DNA of 64,000 nucleotides, taken from contig JAJOJK010000003.1 in the NCBI GenBank assembly GCA_021208605.1, positions 9,481 through 73,480 of the forward strand, in the 5' to 3' direction. The DNA is from Candidatus Woesebacteria bacterium (GTDB lineage: Bacteria; Patescibacteriota; Microgenomatia; UBA1400; UBA1396). How positions within the stretch are numbered: the first letter of the stretch is position 1; every line of letters starts with the position of its first letter. Both the position numbers and the translations under genes were made by a program. Under the pieces are notes generated by a model. It was given only the letters and a program-made list of their open reading frames with translations. It had not been told where the DNA came from and made no database searches. Of the stretch, positions 49,939 to 59,457 are shown one piece after another.

Positions 49939-51747
49939 CTACGCCACCCGAATTTGTTTGAGTTCATCGAGTGTAGTGGCCTGCTCAACGGACTTGTCAT
50001 CACGGAACTTGACTAATCTCGGAAAACGCAGCGCAAGCTTCGCTGTATGTAGTGGCGACTGCGTAATTTCGTCGGCTGCTACCTCAACCACCAAACCAAG
50101 TGGAACCAGCACATCCGGTTGTAGTTGATCAGGAATAACAGTTTGGAAATCATAATTTTTTATAGATTTTGATTGCTTTTCGTGCAGAGAGTCGCAACGC
50201 ACTTTCATTTCTCTCCACTGATCATCGGTAAGGCCAGTCCCAATCTTGGCGAGAGTCAAAACAGAATCATTTTTTGAGTCGAGAATGCCAACCAAAAAAG
50301 CGCCAATACCAAACTGAGTTCGCTTACCGCGGCCATAATAATATCCTAAAACAATCGCATCAATCGTATCGGTAAGCTTGGCCTTGCTTCCTTCTTTTTC
50401 TTTGAGCTTCACCCAATTGAACGATTGTCGACCAGACAAGTACTCACCGTGGGATTTTTTAATGACTGCACCTTCCAACCCAGCTGTCAATTGTTCTTCA
50501 TGAAAAACTTTTAGCTCTATGGGGTCGGAAGTTGTAATGTATGGTGCAACAACTACTGTATTTGTTTTTGCAGAAATTATGTGTTCGATAATTTCTTTCC
50601 GTTGATCGAGTGGGATATGCATTTGCGACTGGCCGTCTTTGAACAATACGTCGAATACAAAAAACCGCAAAGGTATCGTTTCCGCCATTTCCGCAACTCC
50701 ATGCTTGCGTTTACGTTTGATGGTCGTCTGGAAATTCACTAGCTGATCTGTCTCGGGATCATAGCCTACGGCTTCGGCATCAAATATAACGGATTCTACA
50801 GGGAGTTCGAGCAAATCTTGTTTCAACTCTGGAAACATTTCTGAGTTTTCATCCAAATTTCGCGTAAAAGTTTTCACTGTTTCGGTTCGTGCATCCCAAT
50901 GAATTTGGACACGCGTACCATCGTACTTGGGTTCGGCAATCACCTTTCCCATCTTTTCGATCATCTCTTCAGTGGTTTTTAAGCGATCACAAAGTGCCGG
51001 CAAAATAGGAGTCCCAAGAGCAACATCGAGTTTTCGCGCAGCCTCGATACCGCCAGAGCGAACGTGCTGTGCAATCACACCAATATCTGGGTGACGCTGA
51101 TAGACTTCGTCGAGTGCATGCCGCTGCGATTTGTCACCTGCCATATACCATGACAGAGCATCGAGAATAGTTTTGTCGGAAACACCCAAACGCATGTCTC
51201 CCAACAAGATACGCGCCACGTAACGAGCCGACAGCGGCTGAAGCTGACGCAAAAGTTTTGCCACCACATGGATCTTCTCTTCTTGACTGCCCTCACCGCT
51301 GATTTCGGTGATTTGCCACAGGCGATCAAACACATCGGGCACCGTGAGGTCGGCGAAAGTGGAGTTGTGACTCGTAGTTACAAGTTCTTTGAGCACTTCT
51401 TCGGCCAGCAATCCGATATCACCGAGCCGTTTATAGCGCTTGGACAAAAGTTTTTTTTGATCTTCTACAGCAACATTATTTACCGCTTCACCAAAAAGAT
51501 TCTCTGCTAACTCCGCTTTCAGTGGCTGCAACTCGGCCAACGAGTACAGCATAAACTGCACCCCAAACTGAAACTGCGGATTCCGAAAATTCGGACCCAT
51601 TTGTCCGAGCAGTAAATAGAGATACTTGTCGATTTCTTCTGCCGCGATTTCCGAGAACATCTGAGCCAACAACTCGGTCTGCGCGAGCTTTTTGCTGGTG
51701 TCTTCTAGCGGCTGTAAGTATTTTTCGGCGAACTGGTGGAACTGCAT
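49939..51747 (-). CDS. ATP-dependent DNA ligase (LigI/archaeal-type architecture)
   Basis: N-terminal DNA-binding domain, EPKYDG.R, DAE, FDVL, EGAVIK, WVKLK, LRFPR. Confidence 0.95.
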   Translation of the reverse strand: MQFHQFAEKYLQPLEDTSKKLAQTELLAQMFSEIAAEEIDKYLYLLLGQMGPNFRNPQFQFGVQFMLYSLAELQPLKAELAENLFGEAVNNVAVEDQKKLLSKRYKRLGDIGLLAEEVLKELVTTSHNSTFADLTVPDVFDRLWQITEISGEGSQEEKIHVVAKLLRQLQPLSARYVARILLGDMRLGVSDKTILDALSWYMAGDKSQRHALDEVYQRHPDIGVIAQHVRSGGIEAARKLDVALGTPILPALCDRLKTTEEMIEKMGKVIAEPKYDGTRVQIHWDARTETVKTFTRNLDENSEMFPELKQDLLELPVESVIFDAEAVGYDPETDQLVNFQTTIKRKRKHGVAEMAETIPLRFFVFDVLFKDGQSQMHIPLDQRKEIIEHIISAKTNTVVVAPYITTSDPIELKVFHEEQLTAGLEGAVIKKSHGEYLSGRQSFNWVKLKEKEGSKAKLTDTIDAIVLGYYYGRGKRTQFGIGAFLVGILDSKNDSVLTLAKIGTGLTDDQWREMKVRCDSLHEKQSKSIKNYDFQTVIPDQLQPDVLVPLGLVVEVAADEITQSPLHTAKLALRFPRLVKFRDDKSVEQATTLDELKQIRVA

Positions 51748-51774
51748 GGTTAGTCTAGTGTAGCAGACTTGGTA

Positions 51775-51802
51775 GAGGGACCGACCCTTAGGCCTAGAAA
51801 AA
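51775..51802. repeat. REP-like family A copy (left arm around the Fic gene)
   Basis: GAGGGACCGACCCTTAGGCCTAGAAAAA. Confidence 0.8.
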
Positions 51803-51849
51803 TAAAATGGCGGACAAAAAAACTCACCAACTCAAAAAGAAACACCGTT

Positions 51850-52950
51850 CTACTCCAACGTGTAATGCACGCCCTTCGTCACACCATGTTTTTTAACGAG
51901 ACCCTTATCAATTAAGTCTTTCAAGTCGCGCAAAATGGTGTCCGTTGAGATCATCGGCAAAATTTCATTCAAGTCACTACTGGTGGCTTTGCCCTGTTCT
52001 TGCAAGTACTCCATCACGATCAGCTGACGCTCACTCAGGGCAACCTGATGTCCCAACTTTTGATGCAAGCGAAAATCTTGCGACAATTTCAATACTTGCT
52101 GCTTGATGCGATCCAGCTCAATCGCCAAACCGTAGGAAAAGTACTCCAGCCAATAAGTCATGTCATTGTCTTTACTATTTTGCACCGAACGAATGGCCAG
52201 ATAGTAGTTTTCAATATCGTTGTCGAAATACTGTTCAAGAGAGAAAAATCTTTTGACATCAAAGTCTTCCGCGTACATGAGCGCCAACGCCATCGCACGA
52301 GCGGTCCGGCCATTTCCTTCAATAAACGGGTGGATGTTGACGAGTTGATAGTGCGTCACAGCCGCTCGGAACACAACGTGCTGGCGACGAGCAGCATCAC
52401 TATTGAGCCACTCCAAAAACTCCTTGACTAGACCAGGGACCGCTTCTGGTTCCGGCGGTCGGTGCACAACTTGCCCAGACTCGACACCACGAACAATCAC
52501 TTTATGATCGCGATACGTGCCGCACTGATCCGGAGCAATAATGCGATGCACCGAAATTGAGTGCAGCGTTTTCAGCATATCTTCGGTGTACTTCGGGCGC
52601 TCGCCTTCTTGCAGGCTTTCTCCCCAGGAGTTTATCCAGTCGAGCACGGAACGATAGTTAATTATTTCTTGAATATCTCTGGCCTTGCCGACAATACCGG
52701 CGCCGCTGGCCACTTTTTCTGGGTCGGTCCCTGGAATACTGAGGACTCGCTCCGCCTGTTCTTGGCTGAGTTCATTTCCTTCCAGGCGAGTGCCGTGGTA
52801 CACGGTCCGGACCATGGCTTCTTCTTGAAATTTGGCTTCCCAGGCGGGAACGATGGGGGCATTTTTAATAACTTCACGCGACGCCTCGATGCTCGCGATG
52901 TACTGCAGCAGATTGTTAGAAATCTGAAAATTGGGACGAAACGTGCTCAT
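51850..52950 (-). CDS. Fic-domain protein with C-terminal winged HTH
   Basis: HPFIEGNGRTAR; GTRLEGN inhibitory-type motif; TILRDLKDL. Confidence 0.93.
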   Translation of the reverse strand: MSTFRPNFQISNNLLQYIASIEASREVIKNAPIVPAWEAKFQEEAMVRTVYHGTRLEGNELSQEQAERVLSIPGTDPEKVASGAGIVGKARDIQEIINYRSVLDWINSWGESLQEGERPKYTEDMLKTLHSISVHRIIAPDQCGTYRDHKVIVRGVESGQVVHRPPEPEAVPGLVKEFLEWLNSDAARRQHVVFRAAVTHYQLVNIHPFIEGNGRTARAMALALMYAEDFDVKRFFSLEQYFDNDIENYYLAIRSVQNSKDNDMTYWLEYFSYGLAIELDRIKQQVLKLSQDFRLHQKLGHQVALSERQLIVMEYLQEQGKATSSDLNEILPMISTDTILRDLKDLIDKGLVKKHGVTKGVHYTLE

Positions 52951-53067
52951 ACTGCACACTTACTGTAACATAATTCTTGCAGTGATTGCAATAATGAGTG
53001 GGTGCGGTGGTGGAGATTTGGCGGATTTTTGGTTAGGGTTTTGGTTGGAGTTTTGGCCAATAGATAT

Positions 53068-53094
53068 TTTTTCTAGGCCTAAGGGTCGGTCCCT
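53068..53094. repeat. REP-like family A copy (right arm around the Fic gene; supplies the nnrD stop)
   Basis: TTTTTCTAGGCCTAAGGGTCGGTCCCT. Confidence 0.8.
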
Positions 53095-54122
53095 TTCTCC
53101 ACCTCACGCCACGCGTGCGGCACCATCTCGACTAAGTCGGAACTGTTAAACATCGTTCCGTGCTCTTGATAAAGCATGTGACCAGCGAGTTTATTCAAGT
53201 AACTGGCCACCACTGTCGAGACAAACGGTTCTGAAGTTGCCAAAAAGCCAACCAGGCTACCGGCAAGTACATCGCCGGTGCCACCTTTGGTCATGCTGGC
53301 ATTGCCGCCGCTTACAAGAACCAGTTCGTTCTCATTCCAAATGATGTCGGTAGGTCCTTTTACTAAAAATGTCGCGTTCCGGCACTCTCTGGATACTTCG
53401 AACAAAGCTGACAACTGAGTTTGAGAAAGAGGCACCTCACGAATAATTTCTGGAGGTCGAGAAAAACCTGTCGGCGATTGAGAGAATTGAGAGAAAAGAC
53501 GAGCGGCATGCTGCAAAAGTACCTCTCTGTCATGATCCAGAAAACGATGAATCGTTTCTTTCGCCGTATCAGGGAGTTTATGCGACAGGCGGAGAAATTC
53601 TTGGGGATGTGGTGTCAGCACGGGTTTTTCAGGGAACCACTCGGGGTGAATGACTTGCAACGCCCCGGCATCGATAACCCATTTTTTGCCCGTGCCGAGA
53701 GCAGTCAAAACACGAGTCACAGCGATGGTGTCGTTTTCCCAGTCGGCGTCGGAGAGGTCTTCGTGACGAATATCATGTAGTTGCGTTTCCGTAAATCGAC
53801 TGGCAAAATCGCGACGCATACCAGGTCCGATCAAAATGCTATCGGCTTCGGCGATGTACGCGGGAAGTTCCCGGCGCGGCACTACCACTCCGTCATGAGC
53901 ATAGAACTTGGCGTCGTAGAGCAGTTGATTATTCTCGGCTACAGAGCTATAGAAGGTCATATCGACCAGGCGCGAAGCGGCTAAAAAACTCCAGCGACTC
54001 GCGGCGTGAAACAGATCACTCCCACCAATAATGAGCGCTTTGCCATTCTGTCCCTTATGAGAATCGGAGCTGGGAAACTGGAGTTGGCGAATATAATCGT
54101 GAATAGTGGAGCGAGTAGACAT
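53079..54122 (-). CDS. nnrD: ADP-dependent NAD(P)H-hydrate dehydratase
   Basis: SHKGQNGKALIIGGS, IGPG, IDAGAL, TPHPQEF, KG..D, GGTGDVLAG. Confidence 0.92.
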   Translation of the reverse strand: MSTRSTIHDYIRQLQFPSSDSHKGQNGKALIIGGSDLFHAASRWSFLAASRLVDMTFYSSVAENNQLLYDAKFYAHDGVVVPRRELPAYIAEADSILIGPGMRRDFASRFTETQLHDIRHEDLSDADWENDTIAVTRVLTALGTGKKWVIDAGALQVIHPEWFPEKPVLTPHPQEFLRLSHKLPDTAKETIHRFLDHDREVLLQHAARLFSQFSQSPTGFSRPPEIIREVPLSQTQLSALFEVSRECRNATFLVKGPTDIIWNENELVLVSGGNASMTKGGTGDVLAGSLVGFLATSEPFVSTVVASYLNKLAGHMLYQEHGTMFNSSDLVEMVPHAWREVEKGTDP

Positions 54123-54144
54123 GCGACCATTGTCTCGCAAATGG

Positions 54145-55178
54145 TCACTCAAATAAAGAAGGATAGCCTTCCTCGACGGTAGTGATGATGGCTTGCGAAC
54201 GCGTGGCGGCATCTTGAATGAGTTCTTGGTTCATTTCGTCGAGCTCGGAAAAGACGTCGTCGAGCAGAAGCACTGGCAGCTCTTGTCGTTTTTGTTCGAT
54301 GTACTGCACTTCGGATAACTTCCACCAGGCTAACGCGAGGCGTTGTTCACCGCGAGATCCGTAGCGCTCAATATCGCGCCATTCGCTGCCGCGTTTGACT
54401 CTCACGATGACATCGTCTTTGTGGGGACCGACTAAGGTGTAACCCGTGGACAGCTCGGCGCGTTCGTATTTTTTGATGCGTTCTTCGGAAATGATGGAGT
54501 GGTCGTACTCAACTTGGTACTCTTCTTTGAAACCTGGTTGCTGGTCGAGCCAGTGAAGGAACTCTGCTCTGGCCTGGTGGAGTATTTCGCCATTGTCGAT
54601 GAGAAGCTGGTCCCAATAGAAAAAATCTTGGCGTTGTGCTTCGCCTTCTCGCAGTGCTCGTAAAAGACGATTCCGCCGCCGGAGGGCTTTGTCGTAGTTT
54701 TTGCGCGCTCGTCGGTACTCGATGGAAACTTGGTCGAGTAAGGTGTCTAGCAAGTGGCGGCGCGCAGTGCCGCCACTCTGAAACAACTCCATATCTTCTG
54801 GCGTAAACACTACCGTAAGAAGTTGCCCCGTGGCATCGCTGGCTCGACGACTGACACCGTTGACGCGATAGAGACGCTTATTCGTTTTTTTTGCCTTGGA
54901 GAATACCGTGGGTAAAGAGTTGTTCGAGTTTGGTTTCGTCGCCTTTTTTCGTCTTGGAATTTGGCCATGACACGAGCGAGTTCTTCATCCCACTCGATCA
55001 GTTCATCGGTTTGCTTGGCGCGCCAGGATTGGCCGGTGGACAGGAGGGCGAGAGACTCGATGAGGTTGGATTTACCGGAGCCGTTGGGGGCGGTGAAAAC
55101 ATTCAGGCCTGGCTCAAACGACCAGGTGTGGTCGGAGATGTTGCGGAAGTGTTGGAGCCAGAGTCCAGTAATGATCAT
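54145..55178 (-). CDS. recf: DNA replication/repair protein RecF (two homopolymer frameshifts near 54885-54892 and 54944-54949)
   Basis: FRN, NGSGKSNLIE, GPHKDD, SRGEQR, LLLDDVFSELD. Confidence 0.92.
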
Positions 55179-55318
55179 GGGGAGACACCCCTAGGCCTAT
55201 ATCTTTTTTATTTTCTTTAGTATATCTCAAGAGGGCGCGTTATTGGCAGATTCGTTAGGATGAAAAAATGAAAAAAGCGCTGATAGTATTGGAGTTATAG
55301 GCCTAGGGGTGTCTCCCC
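55179..55318. repeat. Inverted pair of REP-like family A (23-bp perfect IR)
   Basis: GGGGAGACACCCCTAGGCCTATA 55179-55201 and TATAGGCCTAGGGGTGTCTCCCC 55296-55318. Confidence 0.85.
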
Positions 55319-55326
55319 AGACTCAG

Positions 55327-57126
55327 CTATCTCTCCAAAACCGCCATAAAAGCCTCTTGCGGCAAAGAAACTCGACCAATTTCCTTCATCCGCGCCTTGC
55401 CTTTTTTCTGTTTCTTCAGCAACTTGTCTTTCCGAGTCTGGTCACCACCATACAGCTTCGCCGTCACGTCCTTACGGAAGGCCTTGACCGTTTCGCGAGC
55501 CACAATCCGGCCCCCAATCGTGGCCTGAATCGGCATCTCGAACTGCTGACGAGGAATCACTTCCTTCAATTTTTTCGCAATCGCGCGGCCAATCGACTCA
55601 GCCTGATCGCGCACCACAATTTGTGACAATGCCTCAATTTCTTCATGCTGCACCATGATAGATAGCTTCACAGCATCAACCCACTCATAGCCAGTCACCT
55701 CGTATTCCAGAGAAGCAAAACCAGAAGTCACCGATTTCAGCATGTCATGAAAATTCACAATCAGTTCAGCTAAAGGCATGTCGTAGACAGCCCGTACGCG
55801 CGTGCCGACATCAATCACCTCCAATAAATTACCGCGCCGGCCTTCGCACAACTGCATCACCGCGCCTAAGTAATGACGGGGTGTAAAGATAGTCGTGCGC
55901 GTCATTGGTTCATAAATCGATTCGATCATGGCCGGATCCGGGAGTTCGCTGGCGTTGTTGACGCGAATGCGTTGACTGGGTTCATCGCCAGTACCACGCA
56001 CTTGAATTTCATATGGCACGGAAGGCGAAGTCGCCACCATCTCCAGGCCAAATTCGCGCTCCAAACGTTCTTGAACAATTTCTGCATGCAAAATACCCAA
56101 AAAACCTACACGCATCCCGTTTCCGAGAGCGTGAGAGTTTACGCCTTGGTACTGCAAAGCAGCATCGTGGAGCTTTAATTTATTCAGAGCATCGGTCAAA
56201 AGCATGAAGTCGTCGCCATCAATCGGGTAAAATTCCAAATAGACCATAGGTTGAGGCTCTTTGTAACCGGGTAACGCCGTTACCTTGTCAATGGTATGCG
56301 CCTGGGTAATCGTGTCACCCACTTTCACCAAATCGACATCTTTCATGCCGGTAGCAATATAGCCTACTTCGCCTGCTTTCAGAGACTCTACTGGACGGCG
56401 ATCCGGGCCAAAAAAGCCAATTTCCGTTGGCGTGAAGCGCTGGTGTTGCGCCATCAGCATTAAGCTTTCGCGCTTGAGCTCGCCTTCCATGACTCGCACG
56501 TAGGCAATCACGCCTTGGTGCGTGTCATACAAAGAGGTAAACACAAGTGCGCGGAGGGGTTCAGCAGCTGGTTCCGGCGCCACGGGCAATCGAGTGACGA
56601 TCGTATCCAGAATGGCATCGATATTCTGACCCGTCTTCGCCGACACGGCCACAATGTCTTCTTCTTCAAAATCGAGCGTCTCCATAAGTTCGAGTGTGGT
56701 CGACTCAACATCGGCCACTGGCAAATCAATTTTGTTCAAAACCGGAATAATCTTCAAACCGAGCGCTTTAGCTTTTTCGTAGTTGGCTAAGGTTTGCGCC
56801 TGCACACCTTGCGTAGCGTCGACTACCAACAATACACCTTCACACGCGGCTAAAGAGCGAGAAACTTCATAACTAAAGTCCACGTGGCCAGGTGTATCAA
56901 TTAAGTTAAGCTGTACTTTTTCGCCCGTTTGCGGGTGTTTCCACTCCATGCGAACTGGCGCTAGTTTAATGGTGATACCGCGCTCCTGCTCGATCGGATT
57001 CGAGTCCATCAAGCGCTCTTTGAACTGGCGCTCAGTAATCGTGCCGGTGCGCAGCAACAACCGGTCGGTCAAGGTAGTCTTGCCGTGGTCAATGTGCGCG
57101 ATGATCGAAAAATTACGAATTGGCAT
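55327..57126 (-). CDS. lepA: Elongation factor 4
   Basis: IRNFSIIAHIDHGK, DTPGHVDF, NKIDLP, GFLG.LH, RKDVTAKLYGGD. Confidence 0.98.
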   Translation of the reverse strand: MPIRNFSIIAHIDHGKTTLTDRLLLRTGTITERQFKERLMDSNPIEQERGITIKLAPVRMEWKHPQTGEKVQLNLIDTPGHVDFSYEVSRSLAACEGVLLVVDATQGVQAQTLANYEKAKALGLKIIPVLNKIDLPVADVESTTLELMETLDFEEEDIVAVSAKTGQNIDAILDTIVTRLPVAPEPAAEPLRALVFTSLYDTHQGVIAYVRVMEGELKRESLMLMAQHQRFTPTEIGFFGPDRRPVESLKAGEVGYIATGMKDVDLVKVGDTITQAHTIDKVTALPGYKEPQPMVYLEFYPIDGDDFMLLTDALNKLKLHDAALQYQGVNSHALGNGMRVGFLGILHAEIVQERLEREFGLEMVATSPSVPYEIQVRGTGDEPSQRIRVNNASELPDPAMIESIYEPMTRTTIFTPRHYLGAVMQLCEGRRGNLLEVIDVGTRVRAVYDMPLAELIVNFHDMLKSVTSGFASLEYEVTGYEWVDAVKLSIMVQHEEIEALSQIVVRDQAESIGRAIAKKLKEVIPRQQFEMPIQATIGGRIVARETVKAFRKDVTAKLYGGDQTRKDKLLKKQKKGKARMKEIGRVSLPQEAFMAVLER

Positions 57127-57138
57127 GTGTGTCTATTG

Positions 57139-57168
57139 TACGTCCTTATAAGTGAGGGTTGGGCCCTT
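57139..57168. repeat. REP-like family B copy
   Basis: TACGTCCTTATAAGTGAGGGTTGGGCCCTT. Confidence 0.75.
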
Positions 57169-57297
57169 GTGCAGGTTTCTCCTGAATGCTCTATTATACG
57201 GTTTGTTTTTTCTCTTGCAGGAGAAGTTTTTTTAGCTTCAAAAAAGAGGTTGATGAAAACCACCAACCTCTTTATCTAGTTCATTACTCTTGTTCTT

Positions 57298-57657
57298 CTA
57301 CCGAATTTGCGCCGAAAAACTATGCGTCTCTACACCACCCTCAATTACTTGGGTGATCAAAATACGAGAGTCGTTAAAATCGATATTCATGGGTAACCCA
57401 GCCACTACTTCGATTTCACGATTGGCAAAAGACAATCGGAAGCCGTTTTCTATTACACTCACTTCAAAGCTGATATTTTTCTCATCATCACCGGTGTAAT
57501 TGACTGGTTCTGGTTTTCTGTCAACAGTTGAGGCATACACATAGTCCCATTTACGGCGAGCTAATTCTTGAATCTTAGGGAAAACATCCAAAATTCTTTC
57601 TTGCGAAATTCCTTCTGAATTTTCATTTTTCGCATCTTTTTCATTTCCGTTAGCCAT
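57298..57657 (-). CDS. Small hypothetical protein (array member 5)
   Basis: AAGGAG RBS before MANGNE. Confidence 0.7.
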   Translation of the reverse strand: MANGNEKDAKNENSEGISQERILDVFPKIQELARRKWDYVYASTVDRKPEPVNYTGDDEKNISFEVSVIENGFRLSFANREIEVVAGLPMNIDFNDSRILITQVIEGGVETHSFSAQIR

Positions 57658-57676
57658 TTGTTTCTCCTTTTTTTGT

Positions 57677-58054
57677 TTAGCGAGTTGCAGGTGTTGCTGG
57701 ATCATACCCTTCCGTCGTTAAAATAAAGCGACGAACTTTTTTAGGATACATAACCTCTACAATTGTTTGATAGTCTGAAAAGATAGAAACGTTTGCATAC
57801 AAACCAGACTTTATTCGTAAAGGAATATCAATATCGTTTCCAGCACGATCTACAAAATTAATATGGATTTTGCCATTTTCCATGTTAAGAACAGAAATCT
57901 CACCTTCCGCCTCAATCTGCATATTTCCTAAATCAGGCCCTGAAAAAATGGTTACCCCCACATGACCCTGCGCAAATTTTTCAAATCTCGCACGAATGTT
58001 CTTAACAGTTTCTGCCGTTAGAGGCGTTGTGATTCCTTGTTCAGGTGATTTCAT
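57677..58054 (-). CDS. Small hypothetical protein (array member 4)
   Basis: 125-aa ORF; AAGGA upstream. Confidence 0.7.
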   Translation of the reverse strand: MKSPEQGITTPLTAETVKNIRARFEKFAQGHVGVTIFSGPDLGNMQIEAEGEISVLNMENGKIHINFVDRAGNDIDIPLRIKSGLYANVSIFSDYQTIVEVMYPKKVRRFILTTEGYDPATPATR

Positions 58055-58065
58055 AGCATTCCTTA

Positions 58066-58398
58066 CTATCTGTGTTTATTTTTTTTCGACAAAATGTGGG
58101 TTATTGATTTACCATCTTTGGTTACTACAACCTGTATTGCATTTTCTTTTTTTAAAAGGGAGACAGAGCTCTTACTATCAATACTGAAAACTGGTTTCTC
58201 ATTTCGCATATTCATGACTTGAAGTGTGCTACCCCACACTTCGACGGATAGTTGGTTAAAATCACCCTTATGTATGACGCCAGATCCTAGACTGTCGGTC
58301 ACCACCACCCATTCACCAGATTCAATATCTTCCAGCTCAAGAGCCACCTGCAAAGCGACAATGCGACTCATCTCGCCGTGATCTGTCCAGTTTTCCAT
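58066..58398 (-). CDS. Small hypothetical protein (array member 3)
   Basis: 110-aa ORF; 11-bp gaps to both neighbours. Confidence 0.7.
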   Translation of the reverse strand: MENWTDHGEMSRIVALQVALELEDIESGEWVVVTDSLGSGVIHKGDFNQLSVEVWGSTLQVMNMRNEKPVFSIDSKSSVSLLKKENAIQVVVTKDGKSITHILSKKNKHR

Positions 58399-58409
58399 TG
58401 GTACTTTCT

Positions 58410-58760
58410 TTAGCGATTTCCGCCAGTTTTCGTAAAGGTATAGGAGAACGTTTTGTATTCGCCATCAAAAACACCACTAATGCTCATGGTTACGATATCG
58501 CCATCAGGCCAAATAAAAATCGAGGAATCTCTGGGAATAATCAACTCATGCTCCAAACCACACATCAAACGCAAGGCATTTTGACTCGCATGATTGAGAC
58601 TGAGTTGTACATTTTCAACTGGAAACGGTAACTTATGCCCACTCTTCCACTGACCAGACCAAGTATCATCTCTTCCAAAAGCAGCAAGAAAATCTGCAAA
58701 AATGGCATTTTTTGTATCTGGTTTAACAATGCGTGCTTGGTGTTCTGGTCCTAATGACAT
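58410..58760 (-). CDS. Small hypothetical protein (array member 2)
   Basis: 116-aa ORF; AGAGGG upstream. Confidence 0.7.
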   Translation of the reverse strand: MSLGPEHQARIVKPDTKNAIFADFLAAFGRDDTWSGQWKSGHKLPFPVENVQLSLNHASQNALRLMCGLEHELIIPRDSSIFIWPDGDIVTMSISGVFDGEYKTFSYTFTKTGGNR

Positions 58761-58880
58761 GTTGCCCTCTTTTTTGCATTTCCCCCGCGGAGTAAACGGC
58801 TATTGTACCCAACCAAGACAATATGCCAAGGGCGAAATGTGCAGAAATGGTCTCAAAAAATGAGATTTCCTTGAGATTTC

Positions 58881-59351
58881 TTACAGTGAGCGAGTCAGTG
58901 TCAGTACTATATCTTGCTGTAAACCAGACGCATTCGTATACATGAGTGTGACCACCAGCTCGCCGCGAGCCGACATATAGGCACAGTACACGCGGCTGTC
59001 TACATTAAAAGCAATAGTCTCTAAGTCTCTTCGAGAGTTTTCATCGATAATTGTCAGCGTCATCGTTGGAGTTTTAGGATGATCTTGTGCTGCTACGTTG
59101 AGGGTAACTTCTTTCCCTTTGTAATCACCATTTGTAATTCGACCCAGGGTTTCATCGCCCAACGAAGTCTTCTCTGCTCGCCAAATGTGTTGAGATGGCT
59201 GGCCTTGAAAAAAATGGGTAATCTCTCGCACCTGTTCCGCGGTAAGACCAAGAAACTTACCCTCAAAAACCTCAGTAAAGGCAATGAGCTTTGGTGAACT
59301 CTCAGGATCATTGTCGTAGTTTTTTCTACCATCTTCTCCATTACGAGACAT
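58881..59351 (-). CDS. Small hypothetical protein (array member 1)
   Basis: 156-aa ORF; TATAAT about 45-50 bp upstream on the minus strand. Confidence 0.7.
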   Translation of the reverse strand: MSRNGEDGRKNYDNDPESSPKLIAFTEVFEGKFLGLTAEQVREITHFFQGQPSQHIWRAEKTSLGDETLGRITNGDYKGKEVTLNVAAQDHPKTPTMTLTIIDENSRRDLETIAFNVDSRVYCAYMSARGELVVTLMYTNASGLQQDIVLTLTRSL

Positions 59352-59457
59352 CAGGGCACCTGTTTCTAAGTGTTAATGTTTTTACGTGTGATAATCCGTA
59401 TTATAGTAGGCTCGTCCCAATATAGGCCGCAACAAAAACAAGTGCTACAATACCCGC

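Noticed and set aside
49939-51747. ATP-dependent ligase as a phage or NHEJ marker
   Set aside because: No Ku, polymerase domain or phage genes are nearby; it sits in a housekeeping context.
18446-55178. Split pth, MFS, recF and cohesin-dockerin genes as pseudogenes or programmed frameshifts
   Set aside because: All breaks fall in A/T homopolymers, mostly one extra base, and include a normally essential gene (pth); this pattern is typical of long-read consensus error. A read pileup would settle it.
33881-55318. CRISPR array from the recurring ~23-bp repeats
   Set aside because: Copies are dispersed and often inverted, with no regular spacers and no cas genes.
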